Positions 38,801 to 50,708 are shown, numbered from the stretch's first letter. The stretch: 64,000 nucleotides of DNA from Tubulanus polymorphus (GCF_964204645.1 NC_134033.1:3430131-3494130), one strand, 5' to 3'. The notes: a model not told the origin generated them from the letters alone. Numbers and translations are program-made.

Positions 38801-41800
38801 CCGAGTCAAATACAGTGACTCCGGAGTCAAATACAGTGACTCTTGAGTCAAATACAATGACTCTTGAGTCGAATACAATGACTCTTGAGTCAAATACAAT
38901 GACTCTTGAATCAAATACAATGACTCCGTAGTCAAATACAATGACTCTGTAGTCAAATACAATGACTCCGGAGTCAAATACAATGACTCCGGAGTCACAT
39001 ACTATGACTCCGGAGTTGCATACTATGACTCCGGAGTCGCATACTATGACTCCGGAGTCGCATACTACGACTCGAGTTCAGTACTAACCTTGTCTTGTAT
39101 TTCGTCTAAGTCGCGTTGACCCATCGCCGGCTCCGAGACGACTTGCTGCAAGTCCTGGACGACTTTTTTCCGACCGTCGACCTGTTTTGGCAGCTGATCC
39201 TGCACGATGTACTGATTCGTTTTCGTTTCCTCTTCCAAACGCTGCAACAATCCTGGGAGAAAAAACAACACCGCGAATCAGCAGAACAGACGAATGCATA
39301 CGTATCTATCTAGTCTGGAGCCGGTATCGCTAATTGAAAATGAACTACAAACGCCAGACATTAGACATTTTATCAGCACACTTTCAAAAACTGATCGTCC
39401 ACACTTCAATTGTGTTCAGAACTTCACCTGAGACATTTATAATTGAAAATGAACTACAAACACCGGACATTAGACATTTTATCAGCAAACTTTCAAAAAC
39501 TGGTTACCCAATAGCTGAATTTATCGAGATAACTTTTTCAATTTCGCCCCCATTCCTCAGTTATGAGGTCATCTTCAAGGTCATGTCGCTGAGAAAAAAG
39601 AGTTCTTAGTGCCTAGTCCTGTCAATAAGTGGCGCGCTGGGCCCATTCGTTTCACCGCACAACTAGGCTCTCGAACTAACATCACACCCGAGTTTCATCA
39701 AGATCAAGCCACTATTAACGAAGCTAAGTAGCACGAAAGACAGACAGACCCACGACAGACGCATTGCATGAGAATAAGGGTCACACGGAAGCTGGAGATC
39801 CAATTCATTTAATACTCATTTTCACCTTTCTTCTATAAATTGCTGAGAAAACAAATTTTCCAAACTCTCAATTTTGGCAATCCCGAATTTATTTATCTTT
39901 CATTCCGTGCAAATTTTTTGTTTCCCATCGAAACCAGAAAGCGGAAATATGTAAGATCAGTTGCAATTAAGACTATTAATTAAAGCAAGGACAACGATTT
40001 CATCGCAGTTTCTCACACTTTTCAATAAATTCTATCCTCGCGACGCAAACATTCGGAAGATGTGCAATGATTTAAAAGATGTTAAAATCCGAGTACGCGT
40101 TTTTTATACCGGTAACTTTCATTCGGCACGCAGTGTAGAATGAAAGCGTTGTCTTATATCCTCGTAGTAGATTTTTGCCGCCACTGGGAAGTGAGTTTTC
40201 GGTTATGAGGGGTGTATTTAAGGTGGCGGGGGTTTTAGCCAATGGAAGGAAAAATTGTGTATTTATGGTAATTAGAAGTCTTGGGGATAGACTTATTCGG
40301 TGATGTTGTTCGTTCTAGGTCTACAGCGCAGTTCGAGCACATCAAATTTTTTAAGGAACGCATATTTTTGTGAATTAAACCTTACGCTTTCCAGAGAGAA
40401 TTGTTTGTTCAGAAGGTTTTTATCTCTGGTTAGAAGATTGTGGAAAAATTAAAAGTACAGGAAGAATGTTGTTAGTTTGTTTATGTTGTGAAGAAGGTTG
40501 TATTGGGACAAAGAATTTAGGGAAGTATGTTGTCCTCAGCCCCCAGTTTGTACACGTAATATCAAAATAAAGACCTCAGCCTGTATTTTTATTAGGATGT
40601 CAGTTGTTCTGGTTGGTGTTTTAGGTAGTTTTTCAGTAGTGTCCTGTTTTTTAATATGGAGAGGATATTGGTAGGTACATTCGTCAAACTCAAAACGTCG
40701 GTGAATTTTGTGCGTGTCAAAATGACTTCACTCTCCACTAGCAGTGTCTTCATATTGCGCGGAGATGATGATTTGAACCGGGTCATTCTGGCCCTGACCA
40801 GACTCGAATCGTAAATGCATGTATCCCCTTTTATAGTGGGCCCAGAATCTTTGTGCACAATTTGTGTTAAAGTTTAAGAAATTCTATAATCCATTTTATG
40901 TTATTGTTTGTATATTGATGTAAAAAATCTGGAAAACAAAATGCTGCAGAAAATGCTGGTATCTAATTAATATTGTTTAAAAAAATTGCGAGGAAGATTT
41001 TCTTAGCAAATCTAACATCTGAAGACTTTTGGACTCGTCATGACTACGCTACAGAATCCTGCTTTTCATCGGGAAAGGTTAAACCTCTCAGCATGTCTAC
41101 ACCGCAGTGCGGTGTATAAATCAGTACTGCGCTTTGCGGCGTATTGGTGTAATTAGCGATCAGTTTTTATCTATTAAAAGACAGCAGTACCCGTCAAAAA
41201 TTGCGAAGTACTAGTAACTAACGATACATCGCACTGCGGAGTAGTAGCACTAAAGCGTTATGCCCGTTATACACTTGCACTTGGGGGCAATTTTTCAAAA
41301 ATTCTTAAATTCGTTCGCGTATTAAATTAATTAGCCAGTGCCAAAAGGGTTACTGATCTTTTTCGCGCACGAACAACGCTTTCGCCGTTCGTCGAAACCG
41401 ATCATGCACCAAACAATAAACGAAAAAGTTCGCCGACGAATCCGCGATCGGGAACAATTCGGCGAAAAATCGCTGCACGTTTTTGGTCGTGCCCGAATGG
41501 CGCCGACGCGGCAACTCGACGAACAGCGCGACGATCTTCTGATAACTCGTGAACGAACTCGGCAATTCGAAAATCATGAAAATAACCGAAACGGCGACCG
41601 TCAAACGAACGGCTTTCATCGAATCGGCGTATTCCGATTCGGCCGATTCCGACGTCGTCGTCGTCGTCAGTTTTTTGCGGCTACGCGAAATGCGACGAAC
41701 TTTCGCGACAATGTAGACGTTCGAAACGACGATGATCGTGAACGGCAGGACTTCCTTAACGGCGTGACTTAGAAACCACGAGTTCACGGACTTCCATCGG

Positions 41801-44800
41801 TCCCAGACGTTGAACGTGTGCAGCAGACCTCGCACCGGTCGGCCGGTGCAGACGTCGTAACCGGTGACGTCGGTTTTATGAGCGAGGCCGTAAATATGCG
41901 GTAGGTAGACGCACGAAGTAAGCGTCGACGCCGCGATGTACGCGTAAAGCGCGCGGCGTTTCGTGATTTTTGCGCGCGCGAAAAACGGAAACGCGAGCGA
42001 CAACAGTTTCTCGACGCTGATCAAAACGGTCAGCCAGTTACGCGACACGTGCGTCGCGTAGCGTAGAAAATCGATCGATAAATAGATATCCGGTTGTAAG
42101 TAGATGATCTCTTCCGGGTAGTCGCGGTAACGCGGATACAGGTGGACCTTCTGCCGGAAGATGAAGTCGCCGCCCACGGCCCAGCCGATCCAGTAACGCA
42201 GCGGTTCGCGGATACCGCGACATATCAAAAAGGCGATATCCGCGTACGCGAGATATACGAGAAGTTGAATCGATACGGAAATTATCGGTTGTTTTCGCAA
42301 GACGATGATGTTGATGACGTTCAAGACGAGTCCAGTTAGGGTTATCGACGTTCCGCCGACGAGTTTTAGAACGGCCATGTACAAGCCGTCTGTGCTGTAT
42401 GAGCAATCAGGCGTAAGCGTGAAATTAAACGACGTCTGCCCGTCGTCGGTGTCATTTGTCAGCATCGTAACGAGTACGTTAATGATTTTTTGTTGAATCC
42501 GTCTGCTCGAATATGTCAACCCGTCTGCTTTTCTGCTGTTCGTAATCCGTCTGCTCGCCAATCTCAACCCGTCTGCTATGCGCGATATATTATTACCTCA
42601 GTGATGTTCGTCTGCCGTGCGCGATCCGTCTGCTTGACATTATCAACCCATCCAGGCATTGTCCGTCTGCATTCGGTTGAAGAATATTCTTATATTTCGA
42701 GAATTCGAAGGATGAAATTATGAAATTGTTCGCTAGAGTTTGACAGCGATAATTGACCAATTTTACTGGGCTGTGCATAGTGAGAAAATTGTGAAATGAT
42801 TTGCCATAAATGAGATATTGATTTTGAATGCTGCGCTTGGTAATTATGGCAGGACGAAATTGATTTTTGTAATCGATACCTCAGGCTATTTTAAGATACC
42901 GGGGTACGTAGAAGTTGTCATTTTATCAGCACACTCAGCAAAACTTATCATTCACACTTCTTCTAATGTGTTCAGTGCTTCATCAGAGACATTTTTGATT
43001 GAAAATGAACTACAAACACCAAACATTTTATCAGCACATTTTCAAAAACTGATCGTCCACACTTCACATGTGTTCAGTGCTTCACCTGAGACATTTTTAA
43101 TTGAAAATGAACTACAGACACCAGACATTAGATATTTTATCAGCACATTTTCAGAAAGTGATCGTCCACACTTCACATGTGTTCAGTGCTTCACCTGAGA
43201 CATTTTTAATTGAAAATGAACTACAAACACTAGACATTAGATATTTTATCAGCACACTTTCAAAAACTGATCGTCCACACTTCACATGTGTTCAGTGCTT
43301 CACCTGAGAGATTTTTAATTGAAAATGAACTACAAACACCAGAAATTTTATCAGCACACTTTCAAAAACTGATCATCCACACTTCACATGTGTTCAGGGC
43401 TTCACCCGAGACATTTTCAATTGAAAATGAACTACAAACACCAGACATTTTATCAGCACACTCTCAAAAACTATTCACACTTCACACTACAATAATGAAT
43501 GTTTAAAGGGGTCCAGGTTCCAGGCTGCAGACTGATACAAGCATTAACCTCTTGACACATACATTCATCTAAGAAATCTAAGATAGTTTTTTCAAGTATG
43601 AAATCAGTAATCAAAATTAAATCATTCATATTGATGTTTTATGGATAGTCGATCTATTTCATACCTTCAGGTGTCGCGCCGACCGCCGCCTGTCTCAAGT
43701 CTTTCAGCTGATTTTGTAATCTCGACAATCTTTGGTCGCTGTGCATTATCTACAAATTACAAACATCGATTTTATCATTATTCTGACCTAAGGGTTCCTA
43801 CGAATCAGTCATTCCTACAATTTTAAACGAGAAAATTTCAAATTTCATGGAACTGTCTGCACCACTTTCATATCCCAATTACTGTAGACTCTATCTTGGT
43901 AAACCATTAATTTCTAATTTAGTAACTGCCGAATTGGGTAAAAAAAAATCTTGGTCCCAACTGTACCAATTTAGGGGTAGGTTAAGGTACAACTACAAAC
44001 TAGACAAAAACTTGTAATTGCCTATATCTCAAAATTGAAGTTGGAGTTTCGGGCATTTTTCTCATTTGAAAGCCGTTTCAAGCACCTTAGTTTATATCAA
44101 AAGCATTTTACCATTTAGAAGGAGTTTCAAAAGAAATCAAAGAGATCAAAGGTTCACGTCGAAAGGTTTGTTCCGAAAATTGAGGGGTCAATCAATTGCA
44201 TCAGAGATATTCGCAGAGATGAGAACGCCGACCTGTAAAATCCGCGGGTTATTTTTCTTGAGTGACATACGCGAACCAGCTGACGGCGTAGCCGTCAGCA
44301 CTAGCGAGCGCCGAAGGCGCGAAGCTATTTCGGGGGGGGGGGGTTGGGGCCCTCCCCCGAGAAAATTTTAGAAATTAAATACGTTTTCCGAGCACTTAGA
44401 GCGATCTTGAACCCATGAACGACTATTATATTTTTGAAGGTAATGGCTAGTTCCAATGTGGTACATCCTCATTTGATGACATTCAGCATCTCATGCATTA
44501 CGGGTCGAGCCCTGAATTATTGCAGTAAAAATGCGCCGATGAATGCTCACTAAAAATCATCACCCAGTAGTGTATAATATCCGAAAGCGTTCGCCACACA
44601 CACGCAGCAACAGTAAGTAGACCTATATACGTTACTACTGTTGCTGTGCGTGCGTGTCTGCAACCGATCGATAAAATACATACAAACTCATCGTAGTACA
44701 AATGTACATACAAAATCACTGTGTTGCAATGAATATGCATTGAAATGCGATACTTTTACGTGACGATAAGTAAAACAGGCACTGAACGCTTTTACGGTTC

Positions 44801-47800
44801 ACCTGATTACCGATCGCGCCGGACCAATTGAGTGAGATCATCACCCCCACCCCATACTTTTACATCATTTTTGGACTATTTGGAAAATTGATATTTTTCA
44901 ATACTGAAATCCGCGGGAAACCGCGGATCCGCGGGGAATTCTCATCCCTGTATTCGAGACTTCGATTAGAAGTTTGAAACTCACGAGATTCTTCTGTTCT
45001 TGTTTTTGATTGGCTAGTTTTTGTTCACGGTCGCGTTCCATGCGTAGGTTGCGTGCGACGTTCAACATCGGGGTAGCAGACGGATTCGACTCGACCTAGA
45101 AAACAACGAAACATGGAAATATCGATATCAGGAGTAGCAGACGGATTCGACTCGACCTAGAAAACAACGAAACATATCAGGAGTAGTGGATTCGTTTGAC
45201 AATTTTCGAATCTGGGAGCCTAAAATTAAGTGCAAATTTCATTGAAAATGAACTGATTTTCACTACGTATAACCCTGTGTTTTGGTATTCCATTGAAAAC
45301 CAAAACAGCCTACATGGCGCCAACATATATTTGTCATTCAGGCCGAATATGTTTAGAGATCGAGAGAACTAAGTTATAATTTCAGTACCTTTTTCTTCAG
45401 TCTTTCGACGCGTTTCAGTAAGTGTTCTTTCTCCTCTTCCATGCTGGCGATGTCTTTTTTAATATCACCCGTCGACAGGCCGTTTTTCTTCAGCTCTTCG
45501 CTGCGTTTGTGAAGATCTTTGAATTGTTCCATGTGATCTTCGTACTGAAAATAAACGGAACAAAAATAATCAGGATCCGCTTCCGCAGTCGTGGGGGTGA
45601 AACCAGTTGCATAGTTGTGGATCTGTACCAGCGTTGTGGATCTGATCCTAGTTCCACAGTTGTGGGTTTGTATTCAGTTTCACAGTTGTGGGTTTGTATT
45701 CAGTTCCACAGTTGCAGATCTGATCCTAGTTCCACAGTTGTGGGTTTGTATTCAGTTTCACAGTTGTGGGTTTGTATTCAGTTCCACAGTTGCAGATCTG
45801 ATCCTAGTTCCACAGTTGTGGGTTTGTATTCAGTTTCACAGTTGTGGGTTTGTATTCAGTTCCACAGTTGTGGGTTTGTATTCAGTTCCACAGTTGTGGG
45901 TTTGTATTCAGTTCCACAGTTGTGGGTTTGTATTCAGTTCCACAGTTGCAGATCTGATCCTAGTTCCACAGTTGTGGGTTTGTATTCAGTTTCACAGTTG
46001 TGGGTTTGCATTCAGTCCCACAGTTGTGGGTTTGTATTCAGTTCCACAGTTGTGGGTTTGTATTCAGTTCCACAGTTGTGGGTTTGTATTCAGTTCCACA
46101 GTTGTGGGTTTGTATTCAGTTCCACAGTTGCAGATCTGATCCTAGTTCCACAGTTGTGGGTTTGTATTCAGTTCCACAGTTGTGGGTTTATATTCAGTTC
46201 CACAGTTGTGGATTGGATCCTAGTTACACAGTTGTGGGGCTGTAGTGTTTCCAGTTGTGGGTGTATACCCAGTTCCATGCCCCCCAATAATGCCTAGATG
46301 TACTAGAAGCTGAAGAGCTAGAGAGGATAGGCCTGATTCACAGAGCTAAGGGAGGGAGAAACATTCCTGATGTAACCCCATAACTTTTTCAGAATACGTA
46401 CGTATGGTAAACATTTCCAAAATAGGTCAGTTTTTTAGTTCAGAGTTTAAAGGGTTAATTTATTGACCTGCGAGTAAAGCGCGACGATATCATCCTCTTG
46501 CATGAAGTCGGGAGGAACCTCGATTTTAACGAGGAACTTGGCGAGGTACGCGCGTTTCTTCAGCTCGTCCTTCTTAACGAGGAGCCACGTCAGTATCGGG
46601 TAGATCACCGACTTGTCGCCGGTGACGAGGCCTTGACGGAAGTTACTCCTAAAAACGAAAACAAATCGATGAACCTAAAGTTAATATCGGGCAAACGAGG
46701 ATTTGGTGAGTGAAGATCCACCATAATGTGCACTATGACATCAACTACAGCAGCAATAGAGGATTCCACTTGTGGCAAGTGATGATCCACCAGATGTCGC
46801 TAGTGTGCAGTAGGACATCAACTACTGCGGCAATAGATTCCACTTGTGGCAAGTGAGGATGTAACAGGTGTCGCTAGTGTGCAGTAGGACATACACTACT
46901 GCGGCAATATATTCCACTTGTGGCAAGTGATGATCCACCAGGTGTCACTAGTGTGCAGTAGGACATACACTACTGCGGCAATAGAGGATTCCACTTGTGG
47001 CAAGTGATGATCCACCAGGTGTCGCTAATGTGCAGTAGGACATCAACTACTGCGGCAACAGAGGACACCACTTGTGAAAAGTGAAAATCCACCGGATGTC
47101 ACAAGTGCAGAGTAGGACAACAACTACGGCGCAAATAAAGGATTCCACTTGTGGAAGTGGGTATCCACCACACCAGGTGTTGCTGGCATATTATGGCTTT
47201 CCACAATTCAATTTCTCTATATTTCTCATCAGAAGTTGAAGCAACTTTTCACCATTGAAGAAAATCAATTAGGCCTTTGAACACATTTTGACTGAACAAT
47301 GTGAGGTGAATTCCACAGTTATCTTCTATTTCACTTACATGTCATTGTCTTTCGGTTTATATTTGAGAATTCGTAGAATGTTAAGCAGACGGATCGCCGA
47401 CTGTTCGGCCGTTTCATCGCGAATATCGGCTTTTTGCTACAAAATACAACAACAACGAATAAATCATTAAACCGGGGGCGGCCATTTCTATTTCACTGAC
47501 TTCTTCTTTAACTATTCCCTGACATGCACGTTATTTTCCCCGACATGATCTGCTAAGAATCCAATAAATTAACACAGTCAAATTCATAAGACATAGATGG
47601 AAACTGTTTGATTGTCATCTAGCAATTTCAACACATTTCCATGACTTTTCCTGAAAGCTATTTTTTTACAAAATTTCCCTGTTTTCTACTATTCCCTGAT
47701 TTTTCTAATAAAGAAAAGACAATTCTCCGAACTTTTCCCTGATTTCCAGGTACGTAAGTGATCTAGGAGGTTTTATAGACGTTTCTAAAAAGATGGCTGA

Positions 47801-48235
47801 CTTATAGACCCCTCCGAAAAGATGTCGAAATAAATCCCCAAATGACATCATCAATCAATTTTTTCAAAGGGAGGCACAGCGGCCGAGTGGTTTAAGCCGC
47901 CGGTCACTGGTCTCGTCAATCTAGGGATTACAGGTTCAAACCCTGGTTGCGACATAGTTTCTCGGACGAAGGTTCTTCTCTGGTCTCTCCCCCATTGGGA
48001 AAAGGAAACATCGAACCCTCTTATAATGCCCTGCGCGGCGCTTAGCGGGTTGAGGGTCTGGGTGTTTAAAAAAAATTGTTTTCCGCCTGACCTTGGGGTC
48101 GATTTCGCCGAGAACGTCAGTGACGATTTGTAGAACTTGAACGCTCTCCAGAGAATCGAAACTGATCAGATTGTAGTGTTTATTGAACGGCGGTTTCGCC
48201 AGTTCAGCGACAATGAATTTCATCTGTTCGCTCAT
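32808..48235 (-). CDS. IFT81: Intraflagellar transport protein 81 (IFT-B core), about 683 aa, 14 coding exons
   Basis: Exons (minus strand): 48235-48092, 47436-47339, 46648-46468, 45544-45389, 45095-44985, 43749-43665, 39252-39089, 38197-38102, 37529-37383, 36650-36501, 35829-35611, 35056-34970, 34181-34024, 33063-32808. All introns are GT-AG and phase-consistent, giving 2052 nt. Peptides match IFT81 as I recall it, for example [69 protein letters not shown] and the C-terminal DRLIL. Confidence 0.98.
34182..34860. repeat. About 160-bp degenerate tandem repeat in IFT81 intron 12, built from the splice-acceptor region plus piggyBac-like MITE sequence
   Basis: cctacgaaagggcagac..gagaaagacaaagaa..caccgcagtgcggtgtataaa recurs about 4 times. 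Confidence 0.75.
36263..36428. mobile_element. Tc1/mariner (pogo/Tigger-type) MITE with TA TSD
   Basis: ta|cagtcaacccccgatatacgg ... cggtatatcgagggttgactg|ta. Confidence 0.88.
36835..37275. repeat. 60-bp minisatellite, about 7 copies
   Basis: Unit ctcaagtcagatcttttgacttgagagtgatatctgagttggatggtacagtagactccg aligns line for line. Confidence 0.97.
37618..37904. mobile_element. piggyBac-like MITE with TTAA TSD
   Basis: ttaa|ccctttcagc ... gcacggaaaggg|ttaa. A related copy lies at about 41080-41260. Confidence 0.8.
38773..39072. repeat. 21-bp minisatellite (gactccggagtcaaatacaat), about 14 copies
   Basis: Visible periodicity; each unit carries the palindrome gactccggagtc. Confidence 0.95.
41350..42465 (-). 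CDS. Intronless class A GPCR nested in IFT81 intron 6, about 371 aa
   Basis: First ATG at 42465 (MLTNDTDDG, with NDT and NFT sequons), then [31 protein letters not shown] and [17 protein letters not shown]. Lies between IFT81 exons 43749-43665 and 39252-39089. Confidence 0.92.
   Translation of the reverse strand: MLTNDTDDGQTSFNFTLTPDCSYSTDGLYMAVLKLVGGTSITLTGLVLNVINIIVLRKQPIISVSIQLLVYLAYADIAFLICRGIREPLRYWIGWAVGGDFIFRQKVHLYPRYRDYPEEIIYLQPDIYLSIDFLRYATHVSRNWLTVLISVEKLLSLAFPFFARAKITKRRALYAYIAASTLTSCVYLPHIYGLAHKTDVTGYDVCTGRPVRGLLHTFNVWDRWKSVNSWFLSHAVKEVLPFTIIVVSNVYIVAKVRRISRSRKKLTTTTTSESAESEYADSMKAVRLTVAVSVIFMIFELPSSFTSYQKIVALFVELPRRRHSGTTKNVQRFFAELFPIADSSANFFVYCLVHDRFRRTAKALFVREKDQ
42920..43530. 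repeat. 109-bp tandem repeat array (about 5 units), same family as 32300-32720
   Basis: Unit aattgaaaatgaactacaaacaccagacattagatattttatcagcacactttcaaaaactgatcgtccacacttcacatgtgttcagtgcttcacctgagacattttt. Confidence 0.93.
44214..44950. mobile_element. Non-autonomous DNA transposon with 12-bp TIRs and an apparent 6-bp TSD
   Basis: tattcg|cagagatgagaa ... ttctcatccctg|tattcg, with subterminal ccgcgg repeats. Confidence 0.72.
45630..46245. repeat. 26-bp minisatellite with two variant units in a higher-order pattern
   Basis: Units cacagttgtgggtttgtattcagttc and cacagttgcagatctgatcctagttc; these explain the spurious ORFs at 45422-46297. Confidence 0.96.
46713..47185. repeat. About 62-bp minisatellite with a CTCF-like core in each unit
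   Basis: Unit ...ttccacttgtggcaagtgatgatCCACCAGGTGTCGCTAgtgtgcagtaggacat...; about 7 copies. Confidence 0.9.
47871..48075 (+). mobile_element. tRNA-derived SINE in IFT81 intron 1
   Basis: A box (gcggccgagtggttt), B box (ggttcaaacc), body and A-rich tail. Confidence 0.72.
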
Positions 48236-49320
48236 CCTGTCGTCTGCTGGTCGACTGGTCCGGTGTCGCTCAGCAATAGTCAAACCTAGAAAATAGAAAT
48301 AGAATATCAAATATAGCCGTAAAGCGGCAATAATGGGTTTTCTGCCTCGATGCACCATTTACATTTGAGCTAACAAATAGTAAACTTGTTAAGCAAAAGC
48401 GGCAATAACGGGTTTTCTGCCTCGCATCACATTAGATTAGAGCACCCATCACATTAGAGCTAAGAAATAGTAAACTTGTCAAGCAATAGTGATAACAGGT
48501 TTTCTGCTTTAGTTTCGCTATTCTGGAGCTTATGTAATGAGGCTCTCTGACGTTGGTTTTTTCGATACCTCGTCTGTCTCTGGGCTCCACTCCACCAACA
48601 CAAAACAAAGAAAGAACAACCCGCGGGAACAGTGTAAAAGTACATACACACATTTTCACAGTGGTTGCCAGAAGGGCCACTGCCAACAAATTAACCCCAT
48701 TCCCGCTAAACTTCGAACTACGTTTAAGCTACATGGAGAACAGAGCCGCAGAGGCTATTAAATAAACTGCCCGGCTGTATTCGAGGGGGGGGGGGGTTGC
48801 AGACAGGGCAGTTGGGAAATTTGGAGAAAGTGCCCTTTTTGCAAATATCGTTGTTATATCCAGCCCCTTCCTTTCTCTGCCCCTCCCCCAAATTCAAATG
48901 CTAGGTATGGACAGCCCTGCCATGGTGCACTGACTGGTGGTTCTGACTGCTTCGCTTGGACTGTTGTTGGAGGGGCTATTTTCTCCAACTCTGTTCAACA
49001 CTTCTTTTCCTAAATTTTTCTAGTTAGAGGCAATTTTTCTTAGTTATGCACTTCTGTGCCTGAACTAGCCAATCAGAATGAGCTATTCAATTGGAAAAAT
49101 ATTGTTAACAGCAATCCGGTAATAATCCCGCATCGGCAAAATATCACCTGCCAATAGGGCCTAACTGAAATATCTAAATAAACTATTTGATTTGATTGAT
49201 TGAAAGATTTTTTGTTTACTTTTTTGTTTGCCTTTGGGATCGAAATTTAAGTTTTCTAGCGCAATATTTTTACTCATGTACTATAGGAAATACCTTGTTT
49301 GTATTATATAGATACCTTAC

Positions 49321-49560
49321 ACACTGGTTCTTCGCCTCAACAGTTCGAATTTCGGATTTTTAAAGCAGTTTTTGACGTTTCTAGCAGAATAGTTGAGGAA
49401 TGCCGAGATGTATCGTACGGTGCTGCCACATGTTGAATAAAAAACTCATTCAAACCTGTAGTTAGACTGGTTGCCTGTCTCATAACGGTAACCAGTCTAT
49501 CATGTAGGTAGACTGGTTGTCTGTGCAACTTATCCCGGTAACCAGTCCAGTCGGTAGCCA
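49321..49560 (-). promoter_or_regulatory. Candidate IFT81 non-coding first exon and promoter with X-box (RFX)-like half sites
   Basis: Coding exon 1 has an upstream acceptor at 48286-48287, so a 5' exon is needed. There is a donor GTAAGG at 49320. X-box-like sequences GTTGTCTGTGCAAC (49516-49529) and GTTACCGGGATAAG (minus strand) are present, plus an ETS-like CCGGAAGT near 49725. Confidence 0.4.
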
Positions 49561-50708
49561 GGTTCGATCCTCGAAGATTCCAAACCAAAATAAAAGAGAG
49601 AAACTGAAAGAATTTCCTCAATCAGTTGCAAACGAATTTCAAAAACTCAAAGTAGTCATTTGACTGTGAATCCTTCGTTTATTGTTTTTTTTTCATTGCG
49701 GATGGTTTTAATCCAAATCGATCCACTTCCGGCATTTCAAATTTGGGGGATTTAGAATTAGTTTCCAATTTAGAGGAAATGTCAGCTCTTTAGTCCTCGA
49801 GTCGGTAGTCAAAGTCATGGAAACTTTGGTGTAATGAAATATTGTTTTCATGGTCTTTACTGAGTATGTTTTTTTAGTCTTAGTAGGCTCTGATTCGGGA
49901 GTCTTTCGCGCGAGTTGAAATTCCTTAAAGATTCGTTAGAAAGATAATGACGGTGAAAAAGTGAAAAATTTTATCGCACTGCTCTTCGCGAGATAAAATG
50001 GGACAATGATTTTGCCTACTGCGCTTGGTAATTGTGGCGGGACGAAATTGAAATTTTACAATCGATACCTCCTTCGGGCTAATTTAGAAGTGGGCTTCCA
50101 TCTGGTAAATCTTTTTTAATTTTTAGAATTTTCCCTTTCAGCTCGACAGGAGAAGTTTTTGTAAAATACACGACGGTTCGTCACGGTCGGCGCTTTAGAG
50201 GTATATATCGTACGAAACGGTCCAAGATGGCCGATACCAGTGACACGGTCCCTTCAACTCATAATGGTGCGATTCCTTCTAAAAATTCTTTCAAATGTTC
50301 TCGAAAATCCTTTAATTTGATCAAAATACCTGAAATACAGAAACTAGATCTATCATCTGGGTACGAATTTACCAAAACTAAATATCTTAGATATTCTGTA
50401 TGTGGGGACTTTGTGTTCATTTTTAGCAATAACACATCAAATCAGGAACTCTCTACCACCGTCACCACTCTGTTTTCAGAGACATCGGTTCTGTCTTTCA
50501 GATGCAAATATATAAAACTGACCTTTTCAAAGGTGCGAACTACATGTATCAACAGCGCCGTTGAACATTGTTTCACTATATACAAATTAAATAATAATAA
50601 CAATCATTATTATTATCATCATTATCATTATCATAAAATGCATCGGTTTACAGAATATAATAAAAAAGAATTAAAAAAGTATGGCAGTTGATCCTGCTAT
50701 CAAATATG

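Noticed and set aside
41338-42406. Overlapping Arg-rich ORFs (41338-41772, 42038-42406) and similar ones at 55793-56491
   Set aside because: Alternative-frame or antisense shadows of the CG-rich GPCR and WD40 coding sequences.
45422-46297. 291-aa and 174-aa Cys/Trp-rich ORFs
   Set aside because: Antisense of IFT81 exon 4 plus the 26-bp satellite; no coding signature.
50227-50691. 154-aa plus-strand ORF between IFT81 and the NLR as a possible RHIM-NLR effector
   Set aside because: No recognisable domain or RHIM core, and it ends in an (AAT/CAT)n low-complexity tract. Its ATG coincides with a YY1-like AAGATGGC motif.
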